Below are positions 53,133 to 63,639 of a stretch of DNA of 64,000 bases, one piece after another. The stretch is from a virus (Duplodnaviria > Caudoviricetes). The DNA is taken from the IMG/VR virus record IMGVR_UViG_3300042013_000103; one strand, given 5' to 3'. The stretch's first letter is position 1, and each line of letters opens with the position of its first letter. A program made the translations under genes and the position numbers. The notes below the pieces were generated by a model. The model saw nothing but the letters and a program-made list of their open reading frames with translations, was not told where the DNA came from and ran no database searches.

Positions 53133-54543
53133 TGATCTTCGCCCCTTGAGCGTACGCCAGCATGGCCAACAGCACCGGGTGGAAATAGAACCGTTCCAGG
53201 TTATCCCAGTCGAAGCACTTGACCAACACGGCTTTGAATTGATCCAGGTTTAAAGCTTCCCGGTTGATCATCTGGTGCGTGAGCATTTCCAGTTTGGACT
53301 GCAGCTTGGCGTCACAACGGTAGAACGCTTCCGAGAACACGTAATGGGTGTCACGGGTCACCGGGTGGATGTCCGCCGGGACGCGCCACGCGTCGTAATC
53401 ATCCGCGACCTCCGGGGCAATGCGCTGGAACCACAACAGGTCCCGTTGCAGTTGCGTGCGGTACTTCGCCTCTGGACGGCGCGGACGGCCTTCGTGGAAC
53501 GGGATGCCCCATGGACGGAACCGGTCTTCGAGGTCGTACTGGGCGTCCACGTCGGTCGGCGCGTCAATCGGGAACACCATGCGTTCGATGCCCGTGTAGC
53601 CAATCGCTTGCAGTTCCGGTTTCCACCGGGAGATTTTGGTTGCGGCCAAGAAAGCCCGTTCGGTCGAATCATAGGCCCGTGACGGGTCGTGACGCACGAT
53701 GGCGTCCCAGATTGTGGGTTGGAGCATAACGGACTCTGACTGGACGTTCAGGGCCTTTACACGGCGGATACGGCCGTCTTGGGCAGAACCGATCATCTGG
53801 ATCATGGCCTTGGTCACAAAATGGTCATAGGTCTTCCACAATTGATCCGGCACCAAGAACGTCGAGTGTTCCACCGAGAAGAAATCGTTGAAGTACCGAC
53901 GGACCATCTCGCTGTAGATCTTGCTGTACGACTCCAGGTCCGCCTGCCCTTCCCCCGACACAAACGGACCACAGCCGTTTTGCATGCTCGACGCCGAGAA
54001 GTACAGCGTCTCCATGGTTTTACGGTCCAGGTCGTCTTGCCAGGTTTTGTCCAGTTCCCGGACCATCTTCCATTCAATCGCGTAGGTCGAGTTCTTCAAG
54101 AACGTTTCCCGGCGACGCTCGGTGATGGTGAACAACCCGGCCTTGCCGTCACCGATGTTACCGATGAACATGTCCCCTTTGTTGGGGGTCACGAACGGGT
54201 ACATGTGGCCCGCACCGGTGACGGAGAACGTGTCGGTGATCTGCGTCTGGGAAATCTCCAACGCCCGGTTCACCTTCAGTGGCAGTTTCTTGATCAACCG
54301 GTACTGTTGGTACTCCGGGGTTCGCTCGATGTTCTGCGTGGTGGGTTCCACCGTCGGCCCCAGCACCTGACTGTAGTAGTCGATGGTCCAGTTCGAGCCG
54401 TTGATCCACATGCCCACCGCGGAGTTGGGTTGGTACCGGGTGTCGATCGTGATCCCCGCGTACTCGGCCGGTTGGTGTTTGATTTGGATCGGGTCATCGC
54501 GTTCCGGGATAACGGGGGTTTCAATTTCGTCAAAGAGTGCCAT
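53116..54543 (-). CDS. Conserved virion structural protein (gp99 position)
   Basis: GSNWTIDYYSQ, PNKGDMFIGNIGDG, YVFSEAFY, LERFYFHPVL motifs. Confidence 0.7.
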   Translation of the reverse strand: MALFDEIETPVIPERDDPIQIKHQPAEYAGITIDTRYQPNSAVGMWINGSNWTIDYYSQVLGPTVEPTTQNIERTPEYQQYRLIKKLPLKVNRALEISQTQITDTFSVTGAGHMYPFVTPNKGDMFIGNIGDGKAGLFTITERRRETFLKNSTYAIEWKMVRELDKTWQDDLDRKTMETLYFSASSMQNGCGPFVSGEGQADLESYSKIYSEMVRRYFNDFFSVEHSTFLVPDQLWKTYDHFVTKAMIQMIGSAQDGRIRRVKALNVQSESVMLQPTIWDAIVRHDPSRAYDSTERAFLAATKISRWKPELQAIGYTGIERMVFPIDAPTDVDAQYDLEDRFRPWGIPFHEGRPRRPEAKYRTQLQRDLLWFQRIAPEVADDYDAWRVPADIHPVTRDTHYVFSEAFYRCDAKLQSKLEMLTHQMINREALNLDQFKAVLVKCFDWDNLERFYFHPVLLAMLAYAQGAKINVKGI

Positions 54544-54546
54544 GGT

Positions 54547-56166
54547 TTATTCCTTTCTTACGGCGATGATTTCACCGAACAAAACAGTCATCGGACCAAC
54601 CCGATCCTTAGTCACTTGGTTACCCACAGTGGCGTCTTCGTCTTGGCGAGCATCGGTGATGTCGGACCACTTCAGAATCCCCCGGTCAATCGTGGGACAC
54701 TGGGCCGTGTACTCGGACGTGCCTTCCCCCGGACAGTCCAACGATGGACGGCGAGGTGCACCTGCCCCAAGCAAATCCACTTCCGCCAACGGCCGTTTGC
54801 CAATCCCCACCCCGAACAGCTTAAAGAGGGTCCAGGTCATGGTGGGGTAGCGCCGCAAGCACTGCCAGGTCTCATTGGCCACGGAGAACCAGTTGCGGTT
54901 GATCGAGGCTTGAATGTGGTACACGTAACGCGGGTCCAACGGTTCCTTGGAACGCAGGATCAACGTGCCGGGAACAAACTCCAGCTGGGTCCGGGTCCAC
55001 TCGTCCCCACGGTACAGCCGGAACTCGAACAACCCATTCGGCCCAATCGCTCGGTCACCCACTTGGGACAGGTACTCGAGGAAATAGCAACGGAAGGTGT
55101 ACTTGCCCATTTTCGTGAGGTCGAGCAAATGTTCCGGGTTGGGGCAGCTCAACGACAGCAACCCCGAGAAGAATGTAAAGCGTTCTCGGGGAATGTCTTG
55201 GGTGACCCAGTCATCGGTGTCCGGGTGGGAGATGTACGGGATGTACCCTTGTTGCATCAGCACGAAGGAATAGTCAAAAGCTTCCCGCATCTTGGTCACC
55301 CGCCGCAACACGTCATGGTAGGTGGAGTACGGGACGGTCGGGCGGAACTTACGGCCGATGGGACGCTGGTGCATGACCATCGGGTACAGGCAATGCAAAT
55401 GCGTCGGCCGTTCATAACGCAGGAAGTAACTCACCCGGGCCATATACCGACCGGTGTTGTCATCGGACGGCATCGGCTTGTCCGGGGTGGAGGTAAAGTC
55501 AAACCACCCCACCAGGTCATACTGGTGTTCCAACACGGTCAAGCGGGGGTGAGTGCCCCACAGCGTGGTGAGTTCCGTCATGGGGGCTTTCCAGTTCTCG
55601 GTGACCCACTCCTGGTAGGTCAGTTCCGACGGGAACTCGGACGCCTGCATGGTCTCGTAGAGGTTCGCCAGCAAGGCCAACGCCCCATCGGGCACGGCGT
55701 AACTGTACTGGGCGTCTAAGGTGAGCTCAGCCCCGCCGCGAGAGATCCGAATCCGTTGCTCGTCCAACCACCGGGTGGCCACCACGATCCCAGACGCTTG
55801 GTATTCGACATCAATCCGCACGTCCACAAAGCGCCGCACGGGACGGAAAGCAATCCCCCGCATCTTGTCTTCGAAGATCGGAAAGTTCTGCTTGTTGTTG
55901 ACGGAGGTCGTGAGGGTGAACTGTTCGTCCGCCACCTCATCATACTCCACCAAGATGCGTTCTTCAGGGTCATAGCGAACCCCTGACGCGCAGCAGTTAC
56001 CGAACTCCCCGCCGTTCATGGGGATGGACTTTTCATTGCCAGGGATCAGTACCGCCGTGTTCTCCGGCAGTTGCATGACACGGGAAATTTGCGCCACGAT
56101 ATCAACCATGACTTTGCGTGTGACGGACTCATACACGTCCGGTAGGGGGATTAAGGCATGGGACAT
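54547..56166 (-). CDS. Conserved virion structural protein (gp98 position)
   Basis: LRYERPTHLH..YPMVMHQ, LDPRYVYHI motifs; synteny. Confidence 0.7.
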   Translation of the reverse strand: MSHALIPLPDVYESVTRKVMVDIVAQISRVMQLPENTAVLIPGNEKSIPMNGGEFGNCCASGVRYDPEERILVEYDEVADEQFTLTTSVNNKQNFPIFEDKMRGIAFRPVRRFVDVRIDVEYQASGIVVATRWLDEQRIRISRGGAELTLDAQYSYAVPDGALALLANLYETMQASEFPSELTYQEWVTENWKAPMTELTTLWGTHPRLTVLEHQYDLVGWFDFTSTPDKPMPSDDNTGRYMARVSYFLRYERPTHLHCLYPMVMHQRPIGRKFRPTVPYSTYHDVLRRVTKMREAFDYSFVLMQQGYIPYISHPDTDDWVTQDIPRERFTFFSGLLSLSCPNPEHLLDLTKMGKYTFRCYFLEYLSQVGDRAIGPNGLFEFRLYRGDEWTRTQLEFVPGTLILRSKEPLDPRYVYHIQASINRNWFSVANETWQCLRRYPTMTWTLFKLFGVGIGKRPLAEVDLLGAGAPRRPSLDCPGEGTSEYTAQCPTIDRGILKWSDITDARQDEDATVGNQVTKDRVGPMTVLFGEIIAVRKE

Positions 56167-56255
56167 GTCAAGTACCTTGGTTGTTTAAGGAATCATAAGA
56201 TCTGGCCACGGTGTCATAAAAGCCCACCCTTGGGGGGTGGGCCTTATGCTGTTAC

Positions 56256-58010
56256 TTAGAGCGCACGGCGAACCGTGGCAATCAACGCTTCAGCCATGTC
56301 CAGGGCATGACCTGCCGTGAACTGGTAAACCGCGATGTGTTGTTTGGTGATCACCGGCAACGAACCCATCAACGAATCGAGTTCCTTACCTTCGCTCCAG
56401 CTGGTTGGGGCCGAGGTGCTGCGACCACTACTGTCCATGCCAATGGCGCGCGTTTTGGCGTACTTGTTGGCGGTCAGGGTTTCCACGGCTTTGATGCCCG
56501 AGGTCTTGGCGATGGCTTGCGCGATCCCCGTGTAGACCTTGGCCAGCTTCAGCAGGTTCTCCAGATCGGCTTTGGTCAAGGAAGCCGCTTTGATGCGCTC
56601 TACCTTCTCGCGTTTGACCGAAGGGATGGCGGTGGCCATGAAGCCTTTGATCATCGAACGGTTATCCGTACCGGCACCGTCTTTGACTTCACCCGCCACG
56701 AGTTTCCAACCACCCGCCAGTTCGCCTTTGAATGCACCTTGCGGCCACGACGGCGACGCAGGTTTCACTTGGGCCAGTTTGGCAATGATCGGACCGACCT
56801 TGCCCACGCCGCCGGTGGCGACGGCTTCGTTCAACACACCCACCAGCTCGGTCTGCAGACGCTCATTCGCCTTCAGGCCTTTGGTGGCCATCTCGGTGGT
56901 GAGTTGCAGGTCGCGTTGCACGCCACGCAGCAGGTTACCGCCTGTCGACGACAGTTCCGCGGGAATGCCCGAGACTTCTATCGGACCGGCCGCGCTGAGG
57001 GCACCCAGTTTCTGACCAGCCACGTCAGCGTTCTTGTTCGCCGAGGCCGCACGGGATTCGATCTTACGAACCAACCCGCCGCGTTTCCACATCTCGATGA
57101 TGCCATTGCCCAAACGGCCTTGCAGGTCACGGATGCGTTTCAGGAAGCCTTGGAACGATTCCATTGCCGCGGTGTAGTATTCGCCCAGGTTTTCTTCGCC
57201 GAACGCTTCCAGGGAAGGGATCGTTGGGGAGAATTCCTTGCTGAACGCCGTCTGCAAATCTTGCAGGTGTTCTTGGGCCAGGACGATGGTCTGCGGGGAA
57301 TACTGGCCGCGTTGGATGCCTTGGTCCAGCACCACCATGAACTTCTCGATGGCCGCTTCTTCCGATTGCAGATCAGCAATGGTGGCTTCGCCATCCACGA
57401 TTGCGTTTTCTTCCGCTTCAACTTCGGCTTCCACGTCCACCTGTTCGGCTTCCGCATCGGCCACGTCGTCGTCAGTGGTGTCGTCCGACAGTTCTTCCAC
57501 GTCGAAGTCCATGCTGTCGTCATCGCCATCGACTGGGGTTTCGTCAGCCGGTGGGGTCTCTTCGACGGGAGGTGTTTCCTCCACTGGTGGCATTTCTTCC
57601 GTAACCGGTTCAGCCGGGACGTCGACTTCTGCGGGTGGCACTTCCGGTTCAACCGGGGCAGCGCCTTCCGTGCCAGCAGGAGGCACCGCATCCAAATCGC
57701 CGCCCACGGCAGCAGCATCGGTAGGGCCTTCGTTCAACGCGCCTTCAAGCGGCACTTCGGCCACGGGAGTAGCGGCGGCGTCGATGGCGTTCATCAGCTC
57801 ACCGGTTTCTGGTGCGCTGTCATGTGCCAAGGGAGCGTCAGTCGTGTCGACGGTTACGGCCGGTGCACCAGCAGTATCGCCCACAGCGCCTTCGGTGACG
57901 GTGTCCGATTGGTTTTCCAGAACGCTCGGCTCGATTGGCGCAGCGCCTTCATCAGCCACTTCACCAAACTCTTCCAGAGCGCCCTTGTAACGACTCAGAT
58001 TCTTTAACAT
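56256..58010 (-). CDS. Inner-head (ejection) protein, phiKZ gp93-97-like family, with long acidic propeptide
   Basis: Glu/Pro/Asp-rich first ~215 aa; PSLEAF and AMESF protease-type sites; followed by a CATA..TATG hairpin. Confidence 0.75.
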   Translation of the reverse strand: MLKNLSRYKGALEEFGEVADEGAAPIEPSVLENQSDTVTEGAVGDTAGAPAVTVDTTDAPLAHDSAPETGELMNAIDAAATPVAEVPLEGALNEGPTDAAAVGGDLDAVPPAGTEGAAPVEPEVPPAEVDVPAEPVTEEMPPVEETPPVEETPPADETPVDGDDDSMDFDVEELSDDTTDDDVADAEAEQVDVEAEVEAEENAIVDGEATIADLQSEEAAIEKFMVVLDQGIQRGQYSPQTIVLAQEHLQDLQTAFSKEFSPTIPSLEAFGEENLGEYYTAAMESFQGFLKRIRDLQGRLGNGIIEMWKRGGLVRKIESRAASANKNADVAGQKLGALSAAGPIEVSGIPAELSSTGGNLLRGVQRDLQLTTEMATKGLKANERLQTELVGVLNEAVATGGVGKVGPIIAKLAQVKPASPSWPQGAFKGELAGGWKLVAGEVKDGAGTDNRSMIKGFMATAIPSVKREKVERIKAASLTKADLENLLKLAKVYTGIAQAIAKTSGIKAVETLTANKYAKTRAIGMDSSGRSTSAPTSWSEGKELDSLMGSLPVITKQHIAVYQFTAGHALDMAEALIATVRRAL

Positions 58011-58085
58011 GTCGGTTTACCTTACTGTACAGTAATTGGGCCAGGACAATCATCCTTAGCCTGGCCATGTGCGTATTTCAAATGA

Positions 58086-59360
58086 TTAGGTAATATTGCC
58101 TTCGCATACGTTCAACAGCGCTTTCATGTTACGGCAGGTCAAGGTGAACAACTCCAGGTACGGTGAGGTCAACCACCCCACGTAGGTTTCGATCAACGAC
58201 ACCATCTGCCGGTAGTCGTCTTCCGTATGCTGGTGTTCATGGTCCAAGCGATTACGGATCTTCTGCATGCAACCGCGCATGGCTTCCAACCGTTGGTGCC
58301 GTTCATTGGAAAACAACGTCCCCACGGACTGTTCCAGGATCTCCCCCGTCTCGCGGATGGTGTTCATCAGCTGGTCATGGGTGGGCATGGAGAAGCGGGT
58401 GTACTCGATGACCTCGGGGATCACGTAATGGGTCGTCCGGGATTCTTCCATCGCAATGCGAATGCTGCGCACGCCTTCAAACGGGTCATCCACCGGGCCG
58501 TATTCCACTTTGATGTAACGGTTCCCCAACAACGGCACCGAGGACGTGCCGTCTTGGTCATTGCGCCAGCCGCGTTGCCCGTACAGTGACGTAGGGGCCG
58601 CTTGCAGTAACAGCTGAGCAATGGCGTCCCGAGGGGCGTCCGCTGCCACCAGTCGTGTAATCCCCGCCGCTGCCGCCGAGGTGGACCGGTCAATGGTGGT
58701 GTAATAGCTTTTAACCACGTCCCGCAGGTTACGGGAGGCCACCAACAACCCCAGGGAATCCGAGACTGGACGTCCGCGTACGATCAGGTTCCCCAAGCGA
58801 GTCTTGACCTGGAACGTGGGGCTGGTGGATTTTCGGTTCTCCCGACGGGCCTGCTCGTAGAGCTCCATGTGCCGGTCCATGATGTTGTCCAGCACCAGCT
58901 TCGAGGCCACCATGTTCTCAGTGAACTTGGCAAACAACCGACGGCACCATTCGATCAACTTGTCCAGGATCTCTTTCAGCGTGTCGCCAAAGCCTTCCAG
59001 CGACAGCATCGGGTGGGTGATGTTGTAGTACTCAGCCCGAAGGCGTTGGTAGTCTTCCAAGGCACCCATCAAAGCCAAGATCTCGTCATCGTCCCCGGAA
59101 CCCTCCAGCAACTTGGCCACGGCAGCCGGGGTGTTCTCTTCGCCCACCACACCGTCTGTGGCCAAGGCCCTTTTACGCTCGGCTTCCAGCACCAACTGTG
59201 CGGAGGGCGAGGTGGGGGTTAACGGCACGCCCAGGCGTTGGCGTTCGGTCCATTCGGCGTCGGTTTCTTGTTCGGCTGCTGCCAGCATGGCTCGCCCTTC
59301 AGGAGTCTCCCCCCGACGTTCAGCTAAGTTCGCCAAACGTTGTTTAATATCAATAGCCAT
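58086..59360 (-). CDS. Inner-head protein paralog
   Basis: ALEDY, LSLEGFGDTLKEILDKLIEW pattern. Confidence 0.7.
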   Translation of the reverse strand: MAIDIKQRLANLAERRGETPEGRAMLAAAEQETDAEWTERQRLGVPLTPTSPSAQLVLEAERKRALATDGVVGEENTPAAVAKLLEGSGDDDEILALMGALEDYQRLRAEYYNITHPMLSLEGFGDTLKEILDKLIEWCRRLFAKFTENMVASKLVLDNIMDRHMELYEQARRENRKSTSPTFQVKTRLGNLIVRGRPVSDSLGLLVASRNLRDVVKSYYTTIDRSTSAAAAGITRLVAADAPRDAIAQLLLQAAPTSLYGQRGWRNDQDGTSSVPLLGNRYIKVEYGPVDDPFEGVRSIRIAMEESRTTHYVIPEVIEYTRFSMPTHDQLMNTIRETGEILEQSVGTLFSNERHQRLEAMRGCMQKIRNRLDHEHQHTEDDYRQMVSLIETYVGWLTSPYLELFTLTCRNMKALLNVCEGNIT

Positions 59361-59413
59361 TTACCCGCTCCTGACATAAGACGAGCCGCCGAAGCGACCC
59401 GTCCTAGGTTTAG

Positions 59414-61186
59414 TTATGCCTTCTCGGCGTTTGCCGCCTGAGAGGCGCGTGCTTTGGCCACCAACTCAGAGCTGGAAAGAGCCTTCTCGCTGCTGGTCAG
59501 TTCTTGGTTAGCCACTGCCACGTAAGCGCTCACGCCCTTGACGCAGTAAGCAACGATTTCTTTGTTACCCGGAGTGGCCTTACGGATGGCTTGGTACGCC
59601 GCGTTGATCACCTTGCCGGCTTCACGTTTGCTGGCTTCGTCGAGGTTACCGTTCTTGTCCAATTGCTCGGACTTGAGCATCAACTTCATAACGGCACTGA
59701 TCACCACGTTGCCGGCGTCTTCCAGTTTGTCCTGGTTGCCGCGCAGCTTCTTCAGGTCATCCAGCACCGCACCCAGCTTGTCCAGAGTCTTGACGACCTG
59801 GGCACTTGGACGCGGGGTGATAGTCAGGCTGTCCGGATTCGCTTTCGCGCCTTCGGCATCGCCCATGGTCCAGCTGTGGCCGTCGGCTTTCGGCAGGGCG
59901 GTTTTGTTGTTCAACAGCACCATGTGTTCTTCCCACAGGTGGTCGATCGGACCGGCTTTGCTTTCCACCAGTTCGATAAACGACGCCGAGTCACCCGACG
60001 CGATGTTGTACGCACCGACCGCGGTGGCGATTTCCTGGTAGTACTTGGCCACCTGAGCAGGGTAGATCTCAGCCGCAAACTTGGCCACGGCGGTCAGTTG
60101 AGCGGTTTCTGGGTACACCTGCTGACCATCGGCACACAGCCAACCTGGAGCGCTGACTTCAAACGGCTTGTTGCCAGTATTGCCGCGGTTGGCAATGTCC
60201 TTGGCCATTTTGATCTTGACTTCAGCAGCCGTAATGCCTTGCAGCATTTCAGCGACCTTGGCCTTGGCAGCTTCCCACAATTTCGCCAGCCACTCTTTGA
60301 AGGTGTTCATCGCCGCCTTGGAGGTTTCGATGATGTCTTCCAGAGATACCACGGCTTTGCGCAGGGCCATGCGTGGGGTGGCGTCGTACGCTTCGAGACC
60401 CGTGGTCACGTTCTCCATGCGCAGACGGCGCTTGCAGTTGGTCAGGGCAATGTGCAGAACGGCAGCCGATTGACCGCTCAGGCCATCGAGGCCCGCTTGG
60501 CGTACCAAGTGCGTGTAGGCTTCCAGGGATTCCTGAACGTCTTCCACGTTGTCGAGTTCGGCGTCTGCCATTTGCTCGTCTTCGGAGATGCCGTCGTCAG
60601 AACCGTCCAGACCTTCCAAGATGTCGGTTGGGTGTTCAACGATGTCAACCGACACGGTTTCGTCAGTCGGAGCAGCAGGTGGTACAGATTCGCCCACGCC
60701 AGCAGTGTCGTCGCCAATGGCGGCCACTACTTGGTCCGCGGCAGGAATGCCATCGCCCACGGCGACTTCGGTCACACCGTCAATCGCCAGACCACCAACC
60801 GGTTCACCACCGACCACTTCACCCGGAACTGCAGCAACCGGTGCGTCGGTGCCTTCAACGGGTGGGGTTTCAACTACCGGCTCGGTGCCGATGTCGCCAG
60901 TAGGTTCAACCGGCAATTCGCCTTCGACCGGAGGGGTTTCCTCCACAGGGGCGGCAGGGGCTTCTTCACCCGTAACAGGGACGGCGTCGACGGGAGCTTC
61001 GCCTTCTACAGGCGGCACAGCGTCCACCGGGGCGTCTTCGGTGATGGCCGGGACTTCAGCGGTTGCTTCCACGACCGGTTGGGCTTCGCCCGCGGCCGGT
61101 TCTGGCTTTACGCCTTCAACGTCGTCCAGAGGCTTTTCTTCAAAGTCTTCCAGCGCTTGACGGTATTTCTGGAGATTCATCAACAT
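59414..61186 (-). CDS. Inner-head protein paralog with long acidic propeptide
   Basis: SLEAY..GL.GQSAA, GLEAY, SLEDI motifs. Confidence 0.75.
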   Translation of the reverse strand: MLMNLQKYRQALEDFEEKPLDDVEGVKPEPAAGEAQPVVEATAEVPAITEDAPVDAVPPVEGEAPVDAVPVTGEEAPAAPVEETPPVEGELPVEPTGDIGTEPVVETPPVEGTDAPVAAVPGEVVGGEPVGGLAIDGVTEVAVGDGIPAADQVVAAIGDDTAGVGESVPPAAPTDETVSVDIVEHPTDILEGLDGSDDGISEDEQMADAELDNVEDVQESLEAYTHLVRQAGLDGLSGQSAAVLHIALTNCKRRLRMENVTTGLEAYDATPRMALRKAVVSLEDIIETSKAAMNTFKEWLAKLWEAAKAKVAEMLQGITAAEVKIKMAKDIANRGNTGNKPFEVSAPGWLCADGQQVYPETAQLTAVAKFAAEIYPAQVAKYYQEIATAVGAYNIASGDSASFIELVESKAGPIDHLWEEHMVLLNNKTALPKADGHSWTMGDAEGAKANPDSLTITPRPSAQVVKTLDKLGAVLDDLKKLRGNQDKLEDAGNVVISAVMKLMLKSEQLDKNGNLDEASKREAGKVINAAYQAIRKATPGNKEIVAYCVKGVSAYVAVANQELTSSEKALSSSELVAKARASQAANAEKA

Positions 61187-61289
61187 GTTACACTTCCTTC
61201 ACGTGTTGTGCCCTGGGGCAAAATGGTTAACCATACTATTGTTTTGCGAGTTGAATCGAAGTGACTCAACTCGGTGGGGTCGTTAGCAG

Positions 61290-62375
61290 TTATTCCTTGA
61301 CGACGTACAGTTCAAGTTCTTTCTCAGCAAGGGCAATCTTGCCATTGATCGAATACTGGACCCGACTCAACACAGCATTCAAAGCAGGGATGCCCCGTTG
61401 ACGCAACACGTCGAGTAACAGCACCTCGGCTTGCATGTGTTGTATTGCCGCGTTCATGTCGCCGCCAGGGCCTCGGCTTTCCAAAGCATGGGCTTTGTCC
61501 AACACCGCTTGGAACCGACGATCCGGTTGTTCGAACTGGGCCAAGCTGGCGTTCAGCAGTTTGGCTTCTTTCAAGAACTTGGAGAGTTCCCCCACACTGC
61601 GGACTTTGGCTTGGTACTCTTCAGGGGCGTTGTCTTGGGCGTCCACAAACGCTGCCCGGTAGCCGTCCAGGATTTCAAAGCGCACCCCACCGACCCACGG
61701 GATCTCAGGGTTGTCGATTGGATGCTGATTGCACGCTTGGGTGAGTTGTTCTTTGAAGGCGTTGAAATCGTTACTGGTGAAGTCAAACTGTTCCAGTACT
61801 TGAACCGCGGCATTCATTTGTTGGTCACGCTGGGCCGGGTAAGCCCGGAGCATGAAGTCCACCAGCTCCCGTTCGTTCCGGAGGTGGTTGCCCACGTACT
61901 CGTCACCGATGAACAGGCGTCCGGCAAACCCAACGTCGATCACGGAGTGGCTGGGTTGGGCCCCGCTGGCCAGTTGGGTGATCTTCTGCAACGCTTGGTC
62001 CACCCGACCCGCCGAGCTGCGCAGCAGGTGAATGACCTTGGCCAACTGTTCTTTCAGGAACGCCATGATCTTGGCGATGATTTCCTTGGCCCGTGCAGCA
62101 CCTTCCTTAATGCGTTCTGACAGCTGTTTGACGTCAACCGCCACCGTCTTACTGGCGGAGTCATAACTCCCGTTAAAATCCTCCACAGCGGCTGTCAGAG
62201 GGGATACGGTGCCCAACAGGGCATCAGTACGCTTCAGGTCCACTTTCAGGATCGCTGCAGCCTGCCCATTGATGCCATCTGTACCGGCCATTGCCAAACA
62301 ACGACCGTACTGTTCGAGTGAGGCCATCATCCCCTGCACTCGGTTTAACGCCACTTCTAAATTAACGAGAGTCAT
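61290..62375 (-). CDS. Inner-head protein paralog
   Basis: SLEQY..DGINGQAAA, AVEDF motifs. Confidence 0.7.
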   Translation of the reverse strand: MTLVNLEVALNRVQGMMASLEQYGRCLAMAGTDGINGQAAAILKVDLKRTDALLGTVSPLTAAVEDFNGSYDSASKTVAVDVKQLSERIKEGAARAKEIIAKIMAFLKEQLAKVIHLLRSSAGRVDQALQKITQLASGAQPSHSVIDVGFAGRLFIGDEYVGNHLRNERELVDFMLRAYPAQRDQQMNAAVQVLEQFDFTSNDFNAFKEQLTQACNQHPIDNPEIPWVGGVRFEILDGYRAAFVDAQDNAPEEYQAKVRSVGELSKFLKEAKLLNASLAQFEQPDRRFQAVLDKAHALESRGPGGDMNAAIQHMQAEVLLLDVLRQRGIPALNAVLSRVQYSINGKIALAEKELELYVVKE

Positions 62376-62466
62376 TTCTCTATTCCCAGTGATTTGAAAC
62401 TATAGGATTAGCTGCTCCATCCAGCTTACTGGCATAAAGCCCTCCCCGGAGGGAGAGCCTTAAAGG

Positions 62467-63639
62467 TCATGCGTCGAGGAGACCGAGTTCCTGGTTCACC
62501 ACACGCAGCTTCGCCACCTGGGTATCGGACAGTTGACGGATCACGGCGTTAACCGAACCGTCCAACAGTTCTTGCAGGAAGTGGATCACATGGAGTTCAC
62601 AGTGCATGCCGGTGACCGCCCCTTGGTCCGTTTTGTACGGCATGGCGTAAGCCTTGACGTCTTCCAGAGACTCGGAGGCACCTTCCGTCAAATCGAACAG
62701 CCCGCCCATGGCCGCTTGCATGGCTTTGGACGACGACACAAACTGGTCTAGTGCGGACCGGTCGCGCACTTCCAGGTCCACCGGTTTCGGGGCCGCACGG
62801 TCATCGTCTTGCAACGCCAACGAAGAACTGTGCTCGTCCTTGTAGTCGATGACGTAACCGCCAGCGATGGTCAAGCCCGCGGTCGGGCGAGTGCCGAACC
62901 AACTGCGGCGGGCTTCGCCGAAGGTCCGGAAGAAGTCTTCCGCATTGCCTTCTTCCACTTGGTACGTGGACACCAGCTTACTGGCGAAGGTCATGCCTTC
63001 CAGCACCCACTTCATGTGTGCGCTTTTCAACCAGGTGATGGCTTTGACTTCGGACCCCAAACCGAGGTCCAATTCGCCACCCACGTACAGGTGCTTGGGG
63101 TTTTGAATGGTGAAGGTCAACGACTCCGCTTTACCGGTGGGCGCAGCTTTCACAGCGGCCGTCACGGTGGATTGCAGGGCGTCTACTTTGGCATAGCGTG
63201 ACTTGGCGTCCGTCCATTGTGCCTTAAGCCACGCTAGAAGCTTTCCCAGCATCTCCTTGGCTTTAGCCACCCCCTTTTGAATGCGGTCGGTGATGTCTTC
63301 CAGGGAGACGTTCGCTTTGCGCAGGGCGCTGCGAGGCGAGCCGTCGAAACTTTCGAGGCCCGGCACCGGAGTGTCGTAACCGATGACGCGGTCGATGGAA
63401 CGCAACGCCACGCGCAGGATCGCACCGGACTGGCCGTTCAGACCGTCAGGGCCTGCTTGGGTAAGCAACTGACGGAACTCTTCCAGCGAAGTGATGGCTT
63501 CCGCCACTTCGTCGCCATCCACGTTGTTGTATTCCACGGTCTGTGGGTTGATGTCGGTCGTGTCGGACACGGCAATGTTGGTCGTCGAATCTACGGTGAG
63601 ATCCGGATCGGTCGGTTTCTCGTTCGTTTGCGTGGTCAT
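62467..63639 (-). CDS. Inner-head protein paralog
   Basis: SLEEF..DGLNGQSGA, GLESF, SLEDI motifs. Confidence 0.75.
   Translation of the reverse strand: MTTQTNEKPTDPDLTVDSTTNIAVSDTTDINPQTVEYNNVDGDEVAEAITSLEEFRQLLTQAGPDGLNGQSGAILRVALRSIDRVIGYDTPVPGLESFDGSPRSALRKANVSLEDITDRIQKGVAKAKEMLGKLLAWLKAQWTDAKSRYAKVDALQSTVTAAVKAAPTGKAESLTFTIQNPKHLYVGGELDLGLGSEVKAITWLKSAHMKWVLEGMTFASKLVSTYQVEEGNAEDFFRTFGEARRSWFGTRPTAGLTIAGGYVIDYKDEHSSSLALQDDDRAAPKPVDLEVRDRSALDQFVSSSKAMQAAMGGLFDLTEGASESLEDVKAYAMPYKTDQGAVTGMHCELHVIHFLQELLDGSVNAVIRQLSDTQVAKLRVVNQELGLLDA

Noticed and set aside
53779-61264. Long plus-strand ORFs (646, 566 and 586 aa)
   Set aside because: Shadows of minus-strand virion genes.
61186-61290. Individual late promoters (TATG)
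   Set aside because: A 4-bp core cannot be told from chance without TSS data.
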